A stretch of DNA of 64,000 bases. It comes from Amoebophrya sp. A120 (Eukaryota; Protista; Dinoflagellata). Below the pieces are notes generated by a model. It searched no databases. It was not told the DNA's origin and saw only the letters and a program-made list of their open reading frames with translations. Positions 12,040 through 23,900 of this stretch are shown piece by piece. The stretch is from positions 2,512,226-2,576,225 of the forward strand of contig CAJINV010000002.1 of the NCBI GenBank assembly GCA_905178155.1, given 5' to 3'. The first letter of the stretch is position 1. Each line of letters starts with the position of its first letter. The position numbers were made by a program, and so were the translations under genes.

Positions 12040-15000
12040 ATGGTCGTAGAAGCGCACCAAGTCTCGGAGGTTACCGAAAACCGCAAGCTCGCCCGGGAGC
12101 AACGGCCCGCCGCTGTACCGATGGAAGAAATACTTCACAGCTCGTTGTATCAGTTCCTTTGTTATGCACAAAACAAAAATGGAAACCGCAGAAGTGTTTG
12201 CGTTTGGTATGCATATAATTAAACCCTTTCAACATCAACCCACGTTCCTTGTGTCCACCCAGTGTAGTAGTTCAAAACAGACAAACACTTCTCTGCAGAG
12301 CAAACCCCGTAGAAGTGCTCCCCTGTAGACTGTCATCCGCGAGTTGTACGAAAGGTTTCTCTTCCCCCTGGATATGCCAAGGCGCTGCTGGAGAAGAAGC
12401 ACTGTTACCCCGTGAAAGCGGAAGTTCTGCTTTCCTCCGCGGAACCCGAGGTCCGGAGCCTGCTCGACTACGTCGCGGAGAATGTATCAACTGCAGAAAT
12501 GTCTGGGTCTGGAAGATTGCCAGGTTTGTCATTCTTGTCTGGCATGACTCGAGAATCTGTGTTGCATAGGCACGAAAAGGCCCTCGTGCCTGTCATGTAA
12601 CAACGCAGTTTGCCATGTGGAATACGTAAGACATGACAGCCAAGAAATTTGTCATGCATAGCTGCGTACTGCAGTGCGTCTATTATTCACTTTTAGCATT
12701 ACAAGTTTCCAGACCCAGACATTTTTACATTTGATAGAATGCGGACCTGTACGACACGCCCCCGGTGGACAATTCCTTCGGGAACAAGAAACTACAGGAC
12801 CGCGTTATGACCTGCTCAGGTGTTACAATCTCAAACGTTACAATGGAATGTCGAAATCTGTGATGCAAGAGTGCATGAGCTAGCCAACTCTCATAGGATC
12901 GCGCATGACAAGTTCCGGAGCGTCCGAAACCCCACTACAATCTGACGAAATTTGCGTTGCAGAAAGTGGAACGCTCAGCGAGTCTGTCATGGTCGTCATG
13001 CAAGACAAATCTCAGACTCTGTTGCAACGTTTGAGATTGTAACAGCTGAGCAGGTTATACGCGTGGCGCTCGCGTTGCAGGCCTGCTTGCACCAACTCGA
13101 TTTCCCGGAGGATCCCCGCGTCGCTGTTTCGAAGAAGCCGAAAATATGCATTGCAAAAGTATCGTACTCGTATACATGCATTACAAATTTCCTCAGCATG
13201 AGAAATAAAAACTGTAATGCGGTTTTTGCTTCAGCAAAAAAAACTTGTAATGCATGATCGCAGTTACTACGAGTACGGTACTTTTGTACAGTATAGAACA
13301 AAAATCGCAGCAAGTCCGCGGACGCGGTCCTGCTTTTCGACCGGAGTTTAGATGAAGAAGCAAAAGCCGCGTATAAAGTCGCGATGGCCGCCGTGCGGGA
13401 GCAGCGAAAAACACAGGCCGCCTTGCGGAGCCGGTCGGCACGAGATCTTCCTCGGCGGGGAAATGACAATAACCGGAGGAGCCCGGGACCGCGTGGCAAT
13501 TTCCGCAGCAGAAATCGGGGCGACCGGAGCAGAAACCGAGTATCAAATGCAAAAATGTCTGGGTCTGGAAGGTTGGAACTTGTGATGCAAACTCTGGAAC
13601 ACACAAAAATTTGCGTTGCATGAGCGCCAAAAGCTGTTCATTTCTTGGCACGCAAGTAGGAAGTTTCTGATGCGGGACAGGCATCGCGAGGCGTGCTCAA
13701 AACCTGTGATGCTTTTGCCTGCATCAGACGCCACTTGCGTGATCCGAAATATGCACGACAAATCTCGCTATCTTCCAGACCCAGACACTTTTACATTTGA
13801 TACCCAGGCGACCGAAGCAATCGCCGGGAAAACCGCCGGGATGGTGGTGGTGACCGGGACAGGAGGTACGACGATCGCGACAGGAGATTTGACGACCGAG
13901 ACCGCCGGGTGGATGCTGGTAGTACCCGCGACCGGAGATACAACGATGATCGTGATAGAAGAAATGACGATCGCGACAGAAGAAATGACCGCGAGGAGCG
14001 TGGCACCAACGATCGGAGAGGCGGGGATCGCGACCGCAATTTTGACCGCCGGGGAGATCGGGATCGGAACTTCGACCGCCGGGGAGATCGCGAGAACCGC
14101 AATGCGGAGGGCCGACGAGAGGATCGCGATCGCAATTTCGACCGTCAAAACAATGACCGCCGCGGCCGGGAACAGGCAGACAATCGCCGGGAACAACCGA
14201 AAGATAACCAGCAGGTTAAACCGGAAATATCGAAGATGGTGACGTCGTCACAGGTGACTTCTTCTGCACAGCAGCAGCAGCAAAAGCCACCCACAGTAGA
14301 TAAAAACAGGTTACAAGACGGGAACGACAAGAAGGAGGAAATGATAAAAAACACAACGATGCTGGCAATGAAGACGCAAGTCAAAGCCACAACCGCAGAG
14401 GGCAAGCCAAAACCCACTAGTTTCAAGCCTCCAAACCTATCCAACGTGCGGAAAAAACGACAGGTGATTGTGCATTTTATCCGACACGGGGAGGGCTTAC
14501 ACAACGTGGCGCAGCGAGAGTGGCGGAACCGCCGAAATTTCGGGGTCAATCGAAACGAAAAGTGGGACGGAGTGTCGGAGCCGTATAATTCGTGATGTTC
14601 ATTTCCAAGATCTGTCTTTACCTTTCGCAAGCCCCATACACATGCTGCATCAGAAAGATTTATTAATAAAGGTAAAGCGTGATTTTTTCGCATGACAAAT
14701 TCAAATTCTAATATCAGGTACACAATCGACAATGATCCCCAATATGTTTTCCTCGATGCGAAACTGACTAACACGGGAAAACAGCAGGCAATGGATTTGC
14801 AGTTTCTGCTGCACGCGTGGTGTTATCCGAGGCAAAAGTACTGCCGTAGTGGTCGTGCTGATATATAATTGCATCAGGGACTGGCATGATGTGATTCCAC
14901 ATGACAAAATGCATTTTCCTTTCTGAAAATGAAATTTTTTTATGCGATCGCTTCGATTTTTTATTACACCACTTCGCGCGTACAACTTTTTGCAATCCAT

Positions 15001-16789
15001 ACCTGCACGGAAATGACGAAACTGAACGTGAGAAATTCGCCGCAGAAGGACAACCCTGAGCTCCGAGTGCTGAAACCCCCGTTTATCGAAAAGGTTCTGA
15101 CCAGTCCGATGCGTCGTGCTGCAGAGACGGCAGTGATCGCGATCGGGCGGGTCATCAATTTTGAGAAGACGACGGTCAAAATGGTAGAATGCCTGCACGA
15201 GCTCGGGGGAAGACACACCTGTGATGTATGGAGGGAACAGATGCGGGGGTACGGTTGTTCGATGAGAATCAAAAGATGAAATAGAAGTGCTTGATGATGA
15301 TGTGCAGAAAAAGTTCCATTGGTTTGCAGGATCATATGTACAGTTAAGTAGTGCGAACGGTTTAACGGAAAAGTGCTGCGCAGAAACTAGCCGTTTAGTA
15401 GTGCGAACGACTTAAGGGAAAAGTGCTGCACAGAAACCGCTTCGCCCTTTAGTAGTGCGAACGACTTAAGGGAAAAGTGCTGCGCAGAAACTGTTCGGCT
15501 TTAAGTAGTGCGAACGACTTAAGGGAAAATGCTGCGCAGAAAACGCTTCGCCCTTAAGTAGTGCGAACGACTTAAGGGAAAAGTTCTGCGCAGAAACCGC
15601 TTAGCCGTTAAGTAGTGCGAACGACTTAAGGGGAAAGTCCTGCGCAGAAACCGCTTCGCCTTTAAGTAGTGCGAACGACTTAAGGGAAAATTGCTGTGCA
15701 GATGAAACCGCTTCGCCCTTAAGTAGTGCGAAAGACTTAAGGGAAAAGTGCTGCGCAGAAGCCGCTTCGCCCTTAAGTAGTGCGAACGACTTAAGGGAAA
15801 GTGCTTCGCGAAAACTGGTCGGCCTTAAGTAGTGCGAACGACTTAAGGGAAAAGTGCTGCGCAGAAAGCGCTTGGCCGTTAGGTAGTGCGAACGACTTAG
15901 GGGAAAAGTGCTGCGCAGAAACCGCTTGCTCGAACCTACTTCCCCCCGGCCTCTCCTTTCATACCGGAAACGGCTGGATTACCTGGATCTCCGCATGTTC
16001 TGGGACACCAACTATCAAATGCAAAAGTGCCTGGGTCTGGAAGGATGCCAGATCTGTCATGCAAGATTTCCGTGACCCACGAGGTCTGGAATGCGGGACC
16101 TAGCATGACAAACTCTGCGAGGTCTCTTTCATGCCTGTACTGCATGAGAAATCCCCTCCCAACTTGGCCGAAAGTGGGCAGCTTTTGGCACTCATGCAAC
16201 ACAGATTTTTGCATGAATCACGTCTAGCATGACGAGTTGCAACCTTCCAGGAGACGCAGACATGATTGCAATCCATACCAACGCAGACGAGTATCTGAAT
16301 CTGGACAGCCTGGAAGCCACCGGGGGCGGGCTGAAAAAACGGCGCATGTTGGACCCCTATGCGAACGAGGAGGAGGAAAAAGAAGTATTACTGGCGATGA
16401 AGGAGCAGAAGAAACAGATCAAGCGGAAATTGAAAATGGACTTTTGGGATGTGATCAACACGCGGCAGGATCCGTTGTGGGACGAAAAACGGCGGGAAAC
16501 CTGGGAGTCGTGCGCCATGCGGTGCGCCACACTGGTGCGGGAGATCGAAAGCTTTGTCTTGGAGAGGGACAACCGCCGGCTATTCAAAACGCCGAAGTCG
16601 CACGTGGACAAAAACAAAATCGAGCACATCGTTGTGGCCAGCCACAGCGCGTTTCTGCTCACGCTGTTTAACACCGTTTTTCAGTACGACAATGACCAGG
16701 AAGAGGAGCGCGCGTGCAGTTGGTTTGGCACCGGGGAAATGCGAAGCGTGCTGCTCACTTTCCCGGACATCCTGCCGCCTGGGAAGTAG
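12040..16789 (+). CDS. Histidine phosphatase superfamily (phosphoglycerate mutase-like) protein with an Arg/Asp-rich low-complexity region
   Basis: HFIRHGEGLHN (RHG at 14482-14490), DAKLTNTGKQQ, LTSPMRRAAET, LHELGGRHTCD, VVASHSAFL and WFGTGEMRS occur in order across exons. Stop at 16789. First exon and the junction across the 15.2-15.9 kb intron are uncertain. Confidence 0.85.
12485..12736. mobile_element. Introner-like intron, family A
   Basis: Family A TIR; DR GAATG. Confidence 0.9.
12806..13059. mobile_element. Introner-like intron, singleton family
   Basis: ~38-bp TIR TATGACCTGCTCAGGTGTTACAATCTCAAACGTTACAA; DR CGCGT. Confidence 0.9.
13145..13295. mobile_element. Introner-like intron, family D
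   Basis: Family D TIR; DR GAAAA/GAACA. Confidence 0.85.
13541..13802. mobile_element. Introner-like intron, family A
   Basis: Family A TIR; DR CCGAG/CCCAG. Confidence 0.9.
14583..14717 (+). other. Canonical GT-AG intron
   Basis: GTATAA...ATCAG joins VSEP|YTIDNDP in frame. Confidence 0.7.
14790..15001. mobile_element. Degenerate TIR intron (exact junction unresolved)
   Basis: ATGGATTTGCA..GTGGTGT / ACACCAC..TGCAATCCAT inverted match between two PGAM exons; the +5 nt rule does not restore frame here. Confidence 0.55.
15343..15927. repeat. Intronic minisatellite, ~11 copies of a ~54-bp unit
   Basis: Unit AGTAGTGCGAACGACTTAAGGGAAAAGTGCTGCGCAGAAACCGCTTCGCCCTTA; unit starts at 15347, 15397, 15451, 15504, 15557, 15611, 15665, 15722, 15776, 15828, 15882. 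Confidence 0.95.
16013..16277. mobile_element. Introner-like intron, family A
   Basis: Family A TIR; DR CCAAC. Confidence 0.9.
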
Positions 16790-17851
16790 AAATTTCGAAG
16801 TGTTTTGTTGTTACACGCTGAAGGAGTTCAGGAGCAAAACTACACGACGGTGAATTACCTTTACACGAGGACCAATCATCATGCGCTCAGCTGTGGCGGC
16901 ATGGAAACCGCTACCTTGTAGACGACAACATCACTTTATTTTGGAAATAAATAATCGATGGAAACAGTGGCACTTGAATTGAGATTTTTTCAACGTCCGA
17001 AACATATCCGTACGAAGTAGAGCGTTGCTCGTGCGACCTCAGCACTTTGGCGACGTAACTCGTCACGTCTCAATGTTTTGCGCAGAAGATGAAATGGTCG
17101 CCAGCCTGTTCGTAGATGACATGACACTCGTTTCTAGAAGACACAACTGTTCATCTTTACAAAAATTTACTCTGTCTCTGTGTCTTTTCCTGATCTTCGG
17201 TTTGCGCTCCCGGGAAATTTATTTTTCATGCAAAAGCAAAGTTCGAGTTCCCGTTCGGTTTCGTAGAAAGAACGTTCGGTTTTCGTAGAAAGAACACAAG
17301 GCTCCTGCCAGTATTTGTCGGTTTGTTTTACGGCGTGTGTGTACTTCTTTGGACTTCGGTCATTGCCAATAACTCGTCCAGACAAATGTAGTATCGTGCG
17401 TAATAACTTCTTTCGTCCCTTCCGAACTTTCGTACACAAGAACTCGGAAAAAGAGCTCGTTCTCGTGCGTCAACACCCCGTATAGCTTGTACTATTATAC
17501 ACTGCTATTGTGTGCAGTAGTTCATTCAAATTACGTGCAAGAATTTCCTAAACCCCAGGACTCACATCCCGGTATTGTGACGTGAGTACTTAAATTCGTT
17601 TATTTACCCTCAATTTCTCTATCTTTTTTTCTATGCTCTCATCAAGGTTCTTGAAAAGCGAAGTGCAGTTTTCCACACATCAAAACGTACTTGTGCAGTA
17701 GTTATCTAGCATATCATCAAGGCGAAGAAAAATACGTAAGAAGTATTAAAACCGCGGTACTACTCCAACTTTTTCCTGTTCTTAAAATCAGCGCGCAATA
17801 CACAAGAACTACATTTTCGAGTTTATCTTTATACACAACTACATTTTCGGG

Positions 17852-19070
17852 ATGATCTTCCGAGCCTCCGTATTGGCGTTCCACGTGCACAAGCGGTCGC
17901 ACCTCAACCCGGAAGCCGAACAAAACAGCGGGTTTGTGCAAGCCCAGCGGCCGCCGCACCTGGCGCCGCTGGCCCCGGATTACGCGACCGCGCAGTGGAC
18001 GCAGGGGGCGGCGTCGCAGCACCCGCGCTGGGACATCCTGGCGTCGTCCATGTTGCAGAAAAAATTGCAGTTGAAGAAGAAGAAAACGGAAACGAAAAAG
18101 CAGCAGCTCGCGGAACAAGTCGCGAAGCAGCAGCAGCAGGAGAAGATGGCGAAGACGCAGGAAATATCAAATGCAAAAATATCTGGGTCTGGAAACTTTC
18201 CTAGATTTGTTATGCAGATTCTCCATGATCCATGATGTCTGTGATGCATGCCGTAGCGTCACAGTTTTTTTGAGGGGTTCTTGATGCCTATTCCGCATGA
18301 CAAATACCCCCACTACCGCGTAGCAAAAGTTACATTCCCTTTGCTGCTCATGCAACACAAATTTTTTTGGAATCCAAACGCAGCATCACAAGTTGCTTGT
18401 TCCAGACCCAGACATATTTGCAATGCATAGGAAATGAAGCAGCAAGTGCAGGAAAAGCCGGCCCCGTTGGAAAACGACCCGGGGAGCACCAGCAACCAAG
18501 CGCCGATATCAAGTGCAAAAAAAGTAATTGTAAAGCTGTAAACGCAAGAACAAATTTATTTTCGCATGGATAACATGCATGACAGATTTGTTGTCAGATG
18601 AAAAGTCTGCATCACAGATTTTGGATGAAGTCAAGAAGTCGTCCGCAAATTGCTCCAGCTGGTGTGCGATACTTTATACTCTTGTACTGCATATCCCGCT
18701 TCCGTGCCAGGCGAGTGGTGCGGCTGCTGCTGCTATGCATTGCAAATATGTCTGGGTCTGGAGGGTTGCAACTTGTCATGCTAAATCTGAATCATGCAAA
18801 ACATTTGTGTTGCATGATTACCAACAGCCGCCCTTTTTTACCAAGTTGAGAAGGAATTTCTCATGCAGGATAGGCTTGAAAGAGATCTCACAGAATCTGT
18901 CATGCTAGGCGCTGCATTTCAGAAATCATGGGTTATGGAAAACCTGCATGACTCCAGACTCAGACACTTTTGCACTCGATAGCTGCGGCGGGGAAACGCC
19001 GAACCTGCAGGCGAAGCTGTCGACTAGTTCGAGCTCCTCCTCCTCCTCTTCTTTTCTCTCGGCTCACTAA
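17852..19070 (+). CDS. Hypothetical K/Q-rich protein, 4 exons
   Basis: Three inserts removed (+5 nt) give ..KTQEMKQQVQEK..NQAPTSVPGEWCGCCCGGETPNLQAK..SAH*. Confidence 0.6.
18165..18429. mobile_element. Introner-like intron, family A
   Basis: Family A TIR; DR GGAAA. Confidence 0.9.
18507..18693. mobile_element. Degenerate introner-like intron
   Basis: TATCAAGTGCAA / TTGTACTGCATA; DR decayed; frame restored. Confidence 0.65.
18734..18981. mobile_element. Introner-like intron, family A
   Basis: Family A TIR; DR GCTGC. Confidence 0.9.
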
Positions 19071-20995
19071 GAAGAAGAAGAAATCGGGTAGTCTTTACTA
19101 CCTTTTCGGACCACCACTCCCGTTCAACTTCAACATTTCATGCACGGGATCAAGCATCGCTTTGGTCCTGGTTCGCAACGATTCTAAAACCGGTGGAGCT
19201 GCTGGTGCCGACATCTTTTTCACGCCGTTGCACTGGGTGGTCTATGTAAGTACGTATTCGTCAAGAAAGCCTCTGTACAGTACGTTTTATTGTGTTTTTC
19301 TATGAAATATTATCGACCTGAACATCACACCTAACGAGAAGAAGTTTCGCACTGCTCATCCACTTACTACAAGGCGCATTAAGGTAGAAGTACAAGAGCA
19401 GCTATGTTGTGTACTATGTCGGTTTGAGGTTATTTTCATTTTTCTGCATAATTTTGATGAAGGCGAGAAGGGTCTGATCCCTCGAGTTTTTTCTCAGTGC
19501 GGAGAAGTTTTTAGCCTGAACCACGGTAAGGACCACACATTTCTACTTTCTAATTTTGAAAGGGAAAGAACGGGGTGATTTTTACTCATCCCTACTACGC
19601 GTTGCAGATTTTGATCCATTTCAACACAACTCCGCTCTGATAAAGAACAGTCGCTTGTTGCGCAAGACGGCTTCGCCAGTTTGCGTGAAAATAAGAAGTG
19701 CTGTAGATTTATTGTCACCGAGCGCCACGACACAACTTCAGTGGTCACTATCTGCAACCATTTTGGCGGCCTTTTTGGCATCAAATTTCGCTTTCGTACC
19801 TTTAAGAGTTCTACTACAACCTGCATTTGTCTGGATTTTTTTTCGTTTTATTTTTACAGTTTTTCTTTTTTCATCTTCACGTCATTTTTCAGCTATGATT
19901 TCCATCTGATTTCTACGCCCACCCAAAATAGAGCTCGACCATAATTCAAGAGAGTTTATTGTCCTATTCTTTTTTCCGTTCCGCATCTTTTCTCCCGCAA
20001 AAATACTGAAGCACTTTGAAGATTTTTGTCCTGTTGGTTAACTTTTTTCCCCCAGAACTCAAAGATAAGCGCGTACTACTACATTACTGAGCCTTTCTTT
20101 TTTCCTCGCAGCTGCCAAGAAGAGACGGACCTTTAATATCCAATACTTATGGGGTGATTATGTACTTACCTCCGTGTTGTAAAACAAATCGAAGTCAACA
20201 CCGTGAGTAGTTAGGTTGATTGCGGCGCGCTAGAGCTGCCGCTTCCAGAAGCTCTCGCTAAGGGAGGTGCGACGACAGTGTGGCGCGATTGACAACTTTA
20301 TTCTGAAAATATAATCACGACGCTCAAAAACAATATTACGGCCGCTGTTTGGAAACTAGGAGAGGAGCACTAAACACAGAACAATCGGAGTAAAATTTTT
20401 TCCTATTGGTGAGAAACGAGGTTTCTCTTCTTTTTGCTGCTGTTCCAGAACTTCAGTTCTTCGCGGTCGGTTACCTCGTTTTTTCGTTTTGGAAGTACTC
20501 GTTTCATCGTTACTCGTTTTTTCGCAAAAAAGTGCCTGAGAGAGGTTTTCGCATTTCCGAGCGGCGTTGTTATCGAAGAAGCAAAGATTTTGATTTTCTC
20601 GTCGTGCTGTCGGACAAAAATGCAGGGTTTGACGAAGTCTTTTCGCAGTTTGTGCACATTTTCCCCTCTCTTTCGACAAGAATTTTGGAAACCAAGATTT
20701 CTCTTGAAACTGGAAAGTAGGCGCAAACACCGTGGAAACCAAAATTGTTGCTCCTCAAGAACTGTGGACCACAGTAGGTTTTTTTTGTGAACTACGCAGA
20801 ATTTTGAGTTTTTTGTCCCAAGAATACTGCATGGATTTTTAACACTAGACTTGAATGTAACTAATCAGAACTGCTGTATCTTTGTTTGTTTCTTTTCCGC
20901 CACCTCGCATCAACACTTTGCTTCGAGTCAGGAGTACTTACTACCTACAACGCTTCAGTACCCTTAAGGAAAAAAGCAAAATCGCACATTAGTAA

Positions 20996-23900
20996 ATGGC
21001 GTCACCTGCATCGGGAGAGCTGCAGGCAAAACAGCCCCCGCCCGCGGCCGGCTCGGTGGACTCACTCCCGACAACTCCCGGGTCGTCTGTGGTAACACAG
21101 CCCCCGAGTGTGGCTGCCTTGCCGGAATGCGAGTCTGTTATCAACTGCAAATATGTCTGGGTCTGGAAACGTGGAACTTGCAATGCGTCTCTTGTATTTC
21201 TAGAGAATCTGTGTTGTTACGTGAGCAGCAGAAGAGCCGCATCCTCTGTCATGCAAAAACGCAATTTGTAATGCGTGCTGGACATCCGAAAGCGTTTCAA
21301 CAGCTTGTCATGCGTGGCTGCCAACGCAAGAGCTGCGATCAGCTGCAAATCAGCAACACAGGTTTTTAGACCAAGATATATTTGCAATGCATATCTGTGG
21401 ACAAGGAGCAAGGCGCGGCCGTGGAGTGTCCGCTGTGCCTGCACGCGCTCGCGCAGCCGGTCGTCGCGCATTGCTGCGGCAAGAGCTATTGCGAGCACTG
21501 CGCAAAGAGAGCTACGGCCGCGGCAGGAAGAGGCTGCCCAAATTGCCGCGCGGACCCCTGGACCTACACGGCGAATCTGGCCCTGCGTGAGGTAATGGAC
21601 AAGAGCTGGGCGGTATTAGATGGAAAAATCCCCCCTCCCCACATCAAAGTGGAAACTTGTAGAGAAGGCTGCTACAGATGCGGACTGTCGTGGTGGCTGG
21701 CGTGAGAAACAGGCCTTGCATCTTCAGCATGACAGGAGGCAACAGCAAGTGGTCGGAAACAGCAGGACAATTTGCCTGCAAAAATTCAGGCCACGACTCT
21801 GTCTCTTGGCCTTCTAGCAATACAAGTCGCCTTGTGTACGCGAATCAGCATTACAAATGCCCTTTTCGATATGGGGACGGGGTATCTTTCCCTGCAATAG
21901 GTGCGGTGCCAGGGGTGCGGGGCGGAGATGCGCCTAGAGATATCTTGTGTAAAAGTATCGCACTCGTATTGCAGTCATGCGTTACAAAGTCTTTTGTTCA
22001 GGTAAATCCGCATTACAAATTTTATTTCTCATGCTGAGGAAATTTGTAATGCATTTATACGAGTGCGATACTTTTGCAGTTCATAGGAGAACTTCGCGAC
22101 CCACTGCGAGGCCAGTTGCACCGGCACGACCGTCCAGTGCTTTCACCGTCTTGAGCGCGGGTGTACGTGGGTGGGCAAACGCGGGGACTACGAAGCGCAT
22201 CTACAGCAGGGCTGCAAGTGTACGGACGCCTACCTGGAACGCGAATTCGAGCGGATCCTCAACCGTGGCGAGGATCCTGCACAGCGCGAAGCGGGGGTGG
22301 CGTATCTACGGAGGGTGATAAAAGACACGAAGAAGCCGGCGATCGGAAGTAGAAGCGTGTTCAGGAGCATCCACCCGATGGCGCTGTGCCACGTGGTGAG
22401 AGACCTTGGGGTGTACCTTCGTCGGGAGGAAGCGGACGAGCTCGCGACACTGTGCACGGAGCACTGGCGGTACCGCGGTACCGATATCAAATGCAAATAT
22501 GTCTGGGTCTGAAAGAATGCATGTTTGTCATGCTTGTCTGTCATGACTCTTAAATCTGTCATGCACATTACCCAAGAGCTCCGCTTTTCTGTGATGCAGG
22601 AACGCAGTTTGTCATGCAGAATAGGCAACGCCTAGAATCTCAGAAACTTGTCATGCTGAGCCAGCATTTGTGGCCTCATCATGCGACAACACCCAGCATC
22701 ACAAGTTTCCAGACCCAGACATTTTTACATTTGATACCCGAGGGGCCAGTGCAAAACGAAGATGACCCCGTGCTCCCGGTGACCGAGGAGGGAATATCAT
22801 TGCCGGATCGCGACGCGGAGTCGGATTTTGTGGAGGATTTTCCCAGGCCAACATTTCAGTACGACGAGGACATGTTGAAAAAAGAAGAGGCGTTGGAGCA
22901 TATTCTGAGTAAGACCGTCTCCACCCCAGAGCTGTCATGCAAATCTGCATGCTCAAAATGTTTCTCATGCGGAGCACCATCAGAAGCATTTGCTAGTCGT
23001 GTTTCGGAACACCTGATGCTCCAATCAGAATGGTGTCTGTGTGGTATGGGGACGTTTTTGCGCAGGATAGAGGAGCTATTAGACCCCTGTGGTAGCTATG
23101 GGTTAGAATCTAAAGTCAACTATAAAAGGCCGCCCTCTTCTAGGAGAAGCAGTTCGTCCTCCTCCACCGGCATCGGCTCAACATCTTCCAAAACCAGTTC
23201 CTCATCCTCGTCCACCAGTGCGTGTTCATTGTCGTCAACTGCAAAAATTGCTGCGCACCTACAACTGGTCCGCAATAAACTGCGCGTTCCCCTGGAAGCG
23301 CTGCCGACCATTCCGGCAACGGACCTGCTGATGCGCTTGGCGTTGCATGGAATACGCGAGTCGCGGCTCGAGTACTTTCAGTCTTGGGAGCTGAGACACG
23401 TTTGGGCGATTCGCACGACGATGGGCGTCTTCCTCCCTTCCCTAGTCGGGATTGAGCGACTCGAGAAGGACATTTACCTGCAGGCGCTGCGGCCCTTTGT
23501 GTGCAAGAAGACGGACGGCCGTACCGGCCGCCTGCTCTGTCCGATGCGAAAGCCAGATTGCGAGAAGTACCCTTTCTGCGAGTTGGAGGCGTCTGTCATG
23601 CGCTACGAGGGCGAAACAAAGAAGAAGTACGACGTCGCCGATGCGCTGGTGAAAAAGTTGAAGACGGAGCTCGGCTGGTCTACGCAAACGAATGCGCACG
23701 AGGATCGGTCGGAGGACCACAACATCCGGGAATTGCTGCGGCTGTCCGACTTGGCCAGCGGTATGATACACCAGCCCGGCGCCGAGTACCGGGCGGTCGA
23801 GGTGTTGTCGACGTTTTTGAAGAGCACCACGCAGGACCAGTTGCGCATCGCGTTGGCGACTTACGGCTGGGGCTGCTCCTCTGTATTACGCGCTGGCGGC

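Noticed and set aside
15343-15927. CRISPR array
   Set aside because: Units are head-to-tail with no unique spacers, there are no cas genes, and the context is a eukaryotic intron.
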